Source: Gemmatimonas sp. (GTDB lineage: Bacteria > Gemmatimonadota > Gemmatimonadetes > Gemmatimonadales > Gemmatimonadaceae). From it: DNA of 38,372 bases. Location of the stretch: the NCBI GenBank assembly GCA_031414535.1, contig JANNVQ010000019.1, positions 1 to 38,372 on the forward strand, written 5' to 3'. The notes beneath the pieces are model-generated. The model was not told where the DNA came from, did no database searches, and worked only from the letters and a program-made list of their open reading frames with translations. The position numbers and the translations under genes are program-made. Positions within the stretch are counted from its first letter, which is position 1. Every line of letters starts with the position of its first letter. This document shows positions 34,610 through 38,372 of the stretch, piece by piece.

Positions 34610-35278
34610 TCAAGGCTTCAGCACGTAGCCCACGCCGCGCACCGTGGTGATGAGCTTCTTGTCATGTGGCGCGTCAATCTTCTTGCGGAGATGGTTAATC
34701 ACCACATCCACGATGTTGGTCCCAGGGTCGAAGTGATATCCCCAGGCGTACTCCGTGATGAGCGTGCGACTGAGCACGCGGCCCGCGTGGCGCGCGAGGT
34801 ACTCGAGCACCAAGAATTCCTTTGGTGTCAGCTCGATAGCCTGCCCGGCGCGCCGCACCTCTCGGGCGTCGAGGTCCACGTCGAGGTCGGCGACCGTGAT
34901 CTTTGGCGAGACGATCGCGCGGGGACGCCGTGCCAAGGCTTCCACCCGAGCAAGAAGTTCCTCGAAGGCAAACGGCTTGGTGACGTAATCGTCGGCGCCA
35001 GCACGCAGCGTCTCCACCTTGGCATCCACCGCGTCCTGCGCGGTGAGCACGAGGATGGGCTTCTCGAAGCCGCGCGCGCGCAGGTTGCGGAGCACCTGCT
35101 GGCCGGAGCGGCCCGGGAGACGAAGATCCAACACCACGAGGTCATAGGGCTGGGACTTGGCGAGTTGTTCGCCCTCTTCACCATCCGCCACGAGATCAAC
35201 CGTGTACCGCGCTTCCTCGAGGCCACGCTTCACGAATTGGCCGACGGTAGGGTCGTCCTCGATCACCAAGACTTTCAT
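34610..35278 (-). CDS. OmpR/PhoB-family response regulator (CusR/CzcR-like)
   Basis: LVIEDD, LDLRLP, LTA, GADDYVTKPF, LTPKEF, TN.VDV.I..LRKK.D, I.TVRG.GY. Confidence 0.97.
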   Translation of the reverse strand: MKVLVIEDDPTVGQFVKRGLEEARYTVDLVADGEEGEQLAKSQPYDLVVLDLRLPGRSGQQVLRNLRARGFEKPILVLTAQDAVDAKVETLRAGADDYVTKPFAFEELLARVEALARRPRAIVSPKITVADLDVDLDAREVRRAGQAIELTPKEFLVLEYLARHAGRVLSRTLITEYAWGYHFDPGTNIVDVVINHLRKKIDAPHDKKLITTVRGVGYVLKP

Positions 35279-36843
35279 TGCGCCACCACCGGGAGCACCA
35301 CGCGGAAGGTGCTGCCTTGGCCGAGTGCGCTGTCGACCTCAATGGTGCCCCCGTGTTCCTGCACAATGCCGTAGCAGATGGACAGACCGAGGCCCGTGCC
35401 CTGCCCCGGTGCCTTGGTGGTGTAGAAGGGCTCGAAGATCTTGGCCTGCTCGGCGCGCGCGATGCCGTGCCCGGTGTCAATCACCTCCAGAATGGCACCG
35501 TGCTGGGCGTCGGCGCCGGCTCTCGTGACAATCTTCACCGTCCCGCGCTCACCCATGGCGTCCATGGCATTGATGAGCAGCGCCATCAGCACCTGCACCA
35601 ACTGCTCCGAGTTCGCCTGCGGCACGCGGCCCATGGTGGCATCAATCTCGGTCTGCACCGTGAGCTTCTTGAAGCGCACGTGATGCTTGAGGAGGAACAG
35701 GGTGCGTTCCACCACGTCATTCAGGTTCACGCGCTCTTTGCGCGCCTGCTTTGGGCGCGAGAAGTCGAGGAGGCCGTCCACGATTTGCTTACAACGCACC
35801 ACCTCGTTCTCAATGATGCCGAGGAAGTCGTGCGTCTCCGGCGCCATGACCACACCGCTCTTCTCCAGATCTTCGATCCGGTACCCAAGGGATTCTGCGC
35901 AGGCCGCGATGGTGGCCAGCGGGTTATTGATCTCGTGCATCACACCCGCGGCCAGCTGACCGATGGCCGCCAACTTCTCGGCCTGCGAGAAGCGCTCCTG
36001 CGCTTCCTTCCAGTCCGTGACGTCCTCGCCGATGGTGATGACGTGGCTTACCGCACCGTCACCCAAACGCATCGGAATCTTGGTGATGCGATAGGTGCGC
36101 GCCTCTCCCGAGGCCACCGACTCCATCTGGTATTCCTGCATGCGACCCGTGGAGAACACGTCGTCAAACTCGCGACGTAACATCTCCGCCGGTTGGCGAT
36201 GAAGAATCTCGAAGATGGTCCGGCCCAGCGCCTCCTCGCGGCTCACGCCTTGCATGCCGGTCTCGCGCTTGCGATTCCACGATTGAATGCGGTATTCGCG
36301 GTCAATCACGTACAGGCCGAGCGGCAGCGAGTCGATGATCTTCTCGGTGAAGCGACGGCCGCGCTCGATTTCCGCCGTCCGTGCGGCCACCTCGACCTCG
36401 AGCTGTCGCGAGCGCTCGGCGTGCGCCAGTTCGGGCGCCAGGATGTTAGCCAGCGCGGTGAGCAGCATCCGCTCTTCGTCGCCAAGTGCGCGCGTCGTGC
36501 GAACCACTAGGGCTCCGACGCGACGATCGCCGAGGACGATGGGGGCCACCTCGAGGTCGCGCACCACTTGGAGCGCGTCCCCGAGACGTAGCCCCTTCTT
36601 TACGTCTTCTTCCGTGGTGCTGTCGTCGCCGACGCTCCAGCTGATGGCGAGGCCCGGCGGCGTGTGTAGCCACAGCGAGACCTGCTGGGCCTCCAGGAAG
36701 GCGCGGAGAGTGGCCAGCGCGCCTTCTACGGTGGTCTCCAGCGCACGCGCGGACGCGAAGCCTGCGCTGATGCCGGCTAAGGCCGACAGGGCGCGCGCGG
36801 CGCGTCCTTCACTGCTGGAGTCGTTCGCGGACTTATCGGTCAC
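35275..36843 (-). CDS. cytoplasmic GAF-PAS histidine kinase (NtrB-like)
   Basis: GAF-like N-terminus, PAS (IIDSLP.G..VID...WN), EKLAAIGQLAAGVMHEINNPL, FEPFYTTK..G.GTGLGL. GTG at 36843; the longer ORF start translates repeat DNA. Confidence 0.93.
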   Translation of the reverse strand: MTDKSANDSSSEGRAARALSALAGISAGFASARALETTVEGALATLRAFLEAQQVSLWLHTPPGLAISWSVGDDSTTEEDVKKGLRLGDALQVVRDLEVAPIVLGDRRVGALVVRTTRALGDEERMLLTALANILAPELAHAERSRQLEVEVAARTAEIERGRRFTEKIIDSLPLGLYVIDREYRIQSWNRKRETGMQGVSREEALGRTIFEILHRQPAEMLRREFDDVFSTGRMQEYQMESVASGEARTYRITKIPMRLGDGAVSHVITIGEDVTDWKEAQERFSQAEKLAAIGQLAAGVMHEINNPLATIAACAESLGYRIEDLEKSGVVMAPETHDFLGIIENEVVRCKQIVDGLLDFSRPKQARKERVNLNDVVERTLFLLKHHVRFKKLTVQTEIDATMGRVPQANSEQLVQVLMALLINAMDAMGERGTVKIVTRAGADAQHGAILEVIDTGHGIARAEQAKIFEPFYTTKAPGQGTGLGLSICYGIVQEHGGTIEVDSALGQGSTFRVVLPVVAQ

Positions 36844-36866
36844 GGCCAAGTGGGTGGAATGGGCGG

Positions 36867-36895
36867 AAGGTACGACCCGCCCCGAGGCCGGACAA
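36867..36895 (-). promoter_or_regulatory. sigma70-type promoter of the kinase-regulator-kinase operon
   Basis: TTGTCC-17 nt-TACCTT, 23 nt upstream of the GTG. Confidence 0.6.
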
Positions 36896-36913
36896 GGGAA
36901 CGTGGAGGAGAGG

Positions 36914-36995
36914 TGAGACTTGGGACGTGGGACATGGGACGAGAGGCTTGGGACGTGAGACTCCGTCCGGGGCCCCACGTCTCCCATCTCCCGTC
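36914..36995. repeat. TGGGACG-type heptamer tandem (7 units) with a partial inverted arm
   Basis: TGAGACT TGGGACG TGGGACA TGGGACG AGAGGCT TGGGACG TGAGACT (36914-36962), then CCCACGTCTCCCATCTCCCGTC. Confidence 0.85.
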
Positions 36996-37458
36996 AGATT
37001 TTGGCGATCTCCGCCAAGATCTCCGCATTCTCCCGCTTGCTACCCAGGTTCTCTTCAACAAAGGCCCAGCGCAGGATGCCCTGCTTATCAATCAGAAAAT
37101 AGGCGCGGTTGGAGAAGAAGGTGTGCTCCATCAACGTCCCGTAGGCGCGTGAAGCCTCGCGCTTGAAGTCCGAGGCGAGTTCGACGCCCATCTTGTATTG
37201 GTCGCGATAGGCCTTCAGCGACGGGACGGCGTCCACGCTCACGGGAATCACCACCACGTCGTGTTGCGCAAAGGCCGAGTAATCCGTGGTGAAGGCGCAC
37301 ATCTCGGCCGTGCACGTGGAGGTGAACGCGAGAGGGAAGAAGGCGAGCAGGACGTTGGACTTGCCCTTGAACTGCGCGAGCGTGACGGTCTCACCGCTCG
37401 TGGTGTTGAAAGAAAAATCAGGGGCCGGCGCGCCGACCGCAGGAACCGTGAGAGACAT
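36994..37458 (-). CDS. peroxiredoxin (AhpE/BCP-PrxQ-like)
   Basis: G..APDF, FFPLAFTSTCTAEMC (PxxxTxxC), SVD, SDF, RAYFLIDK.G. Confidence 0.93.
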   Translation of the reverse strand: MSLTVPAVGAPAPDFSFNTTSGETVTLAQFKGKSNVLLAFFPLAFTSTCTAEMCAFTTDYSAFAQHDVVVIPVSVDAVPSLKAYRDQYKMGVELASDFKREASRAYGTLMEHTFFSNRAYFLIDKQGILRWAFVEENLGSKRENAEILAEIAKI

Positions 37459-37534
37459 CGAACGAACCTCGGATGAGTGGAACGGGTCGCGAAGGCAAAT
37501 GCCGTCGCGACCCGTTATTAACGCTGACTACGAG

Positions 37535-37607
37535 TGGAGCGTGCCGGGATCGAACCGGCGACCCCCTGCTTGCAAAGCAGGTGCTCTCCCAGCTGAGCTA
37601 ACGCCCC
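37535..37607 (-). tRNA. tRNA-Ala(UGC)
   Basis: GGGGCGT/ACGCTCC acceptor stem with G3-U70, TAGCTCAGCTGGGAGAGC D-arm, CCTGC-TTTGCAA-GCAGG, GGTTCGATCCC, no encoded CCA. Confidence 0.97.
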
Positions 37608-37620
37608 GCGACATAAAGCT

Positions 37621-37792
37621 AAGAGCGAAGCGCGAAGAGCGAAAGCGAAGAGCGAGGATTTAGGAGCGAAATTCGAAGGGCAGAAGGTCGGAGGGGGAGG
37701 AGCCGGAACCACGGCCCTCCCCCTCCGACCTTCTGGCCTTCACGACTTGCTCTTGAAGATTCGTTGTTCCGTTGTCGCTCTTCGCTCTTTGC
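37621..37792. repeat. nested inverted-repeat element (GAGCGAA heptamer arms, 20-bp inner stem)
   Basis: GAGCGAA-like units at 37623-37669 face TCGCTCT units near 37775-37792. 37681-37700 is the perfect reverse complement of 37716-37735. Confidence 0.85.
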
Positions 37793-38370
37793 TATTCGTG
37801 TGCCGGCAGCGGTTCCATGGTCTCGGCATCCACCGGGACCTGCACTTCGTCCCGATACGCCGACGTCATCTTAAAGACCTGCGCCTTAGGAAAGGCATCC
37901 ATGAACTGCGCGTAGCTCCAGCCAAACAGGCCGAGCATGCCGAGGAAGATGCCGACTTCCCAGACGCCGAGCGGAAGGTGCTCGGCCGCGGTACCGTAGA
38001 TGGACGGGTAGATCTCGGTGTAACGCGAGAACCACAGCCCGAGGAAGGACGAGCAGGCAAACAGAATCATCGTCGGCGACCAAACCTTGGCCTTCACGCT
38101 CATCAGGCCCGCGAAGGGCACGAGGAAGGTGAGGATGGCCGCCGCCATGGTGGTGGTGCTCCAGATGCCCGAGAGGCGCAGCGTGAACCAGTGCGTCTCT
38201 TCGGCGAGGTTGCCGTACCAAATGATGATGAACTGCGAGAACGTCAGGTAGCCCCAGAAGGCCGTGAAGGCGAAGCAGAGCTTGCCGACGTCGTGATAGT
38301 GCTTCTCGGTGATGAGCTCGGGCAGCTCCGGGAACTGCGTCTTCCACCAGCGCAGTAGCACCGCAAAAAT
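37792..38370 (-). CDS. actF: alternative complex III subunit ActF-like membrane protein, 3' part (runs off window)
   Basis: HDVGKLCFAF..FW.Y..FSQF.IIWYGN..EE..WF..R motif typical of ActF/NrfD-like subunits. Confidence 0.75.
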   Translation of the reverse strand: MFAVLLRWWKTQFPELPELITEKHYHDVGKLCFAFTAFWGYLTFSQFIIIWYGNLAEETHWFTLRLSGIWSTTTMAAAILTFLVPFAGLMSVKAKVWSPTMILFACSSFLGLWFSRYTEIYPSIYGTAAEHLPLGVWEVGIFLGMLGLFGWSYAQFMDAFPKAQVFKMTSAYRDEVQVPVDAETMEPLPAHE

Positions 38371-38372
38371 CA

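Noticed and set aside
671..37792. Repeat arrays as a CRISPR locus
   Set aside because: Units are 7-8 nt tandem with no unique spacers, and there are no cas genes.
1481..37794. Genome-wide TAG recoding, suggested by in-frame TAG junctions
   Set aside because: TAG ends full-length proteins (PyrD, MurK-like, GltP-like), and readthrough at 16623 hits a TGA after 11 codons. No gene shows an internal TAG.

Overview
GC-rich bacterial chromosomal core region. Gene content and protein style suggest Gemmatimonadota (inference, no search run). Almost all of it is coding, and mostly on the minus strand. In order it holds: the start of the alpha ribosomal operon (rpmJ-rpsM-rpsK) with its own promoter; smpB-amidase-pyrD-pyrF; tRNA-Leu(CAG); an Rrf2 regulator with a coupled unknown gene; an AspA/FumC-type lyase; trxB; a long translationally coupled operon in which 2-oxoacid dehydrogenase E1a/E1b/E2 are interleaved with four small unknown proteins, a PHP phosphoesterase, an atypical pteridine-reductase-like SDR and a Cys/His-rich Rossmann protein; a peptidoglycan salvage cluster (NamZ, NagZ-serine hydrolase fusion, sodium:solute symporter, MurK-like kinase); an RsbQ/KAI2-like hydrolase abutting an output-less PAS-Zn-finger protein; two amino acid transporters; tonB-exbB-exbD-exbD plus a second TonB-like gene; two kinases with one OmpR-family regulator; a peroxiredoxin; tRNA-Ala(UGC); and the 3' end of an ActF-like gene. 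No mobile element, prophage, CRISPR array or rRNA was seen. The most notable unexplained signals are a family of intergenic heptamer-repeat and nested-hairpin elements at 7 sites, the RsbQ-TAG-GTG-PAS-Zn module, and the unknown genes inside the dehydrogenase operon. All calls come from reading motifs by eye.
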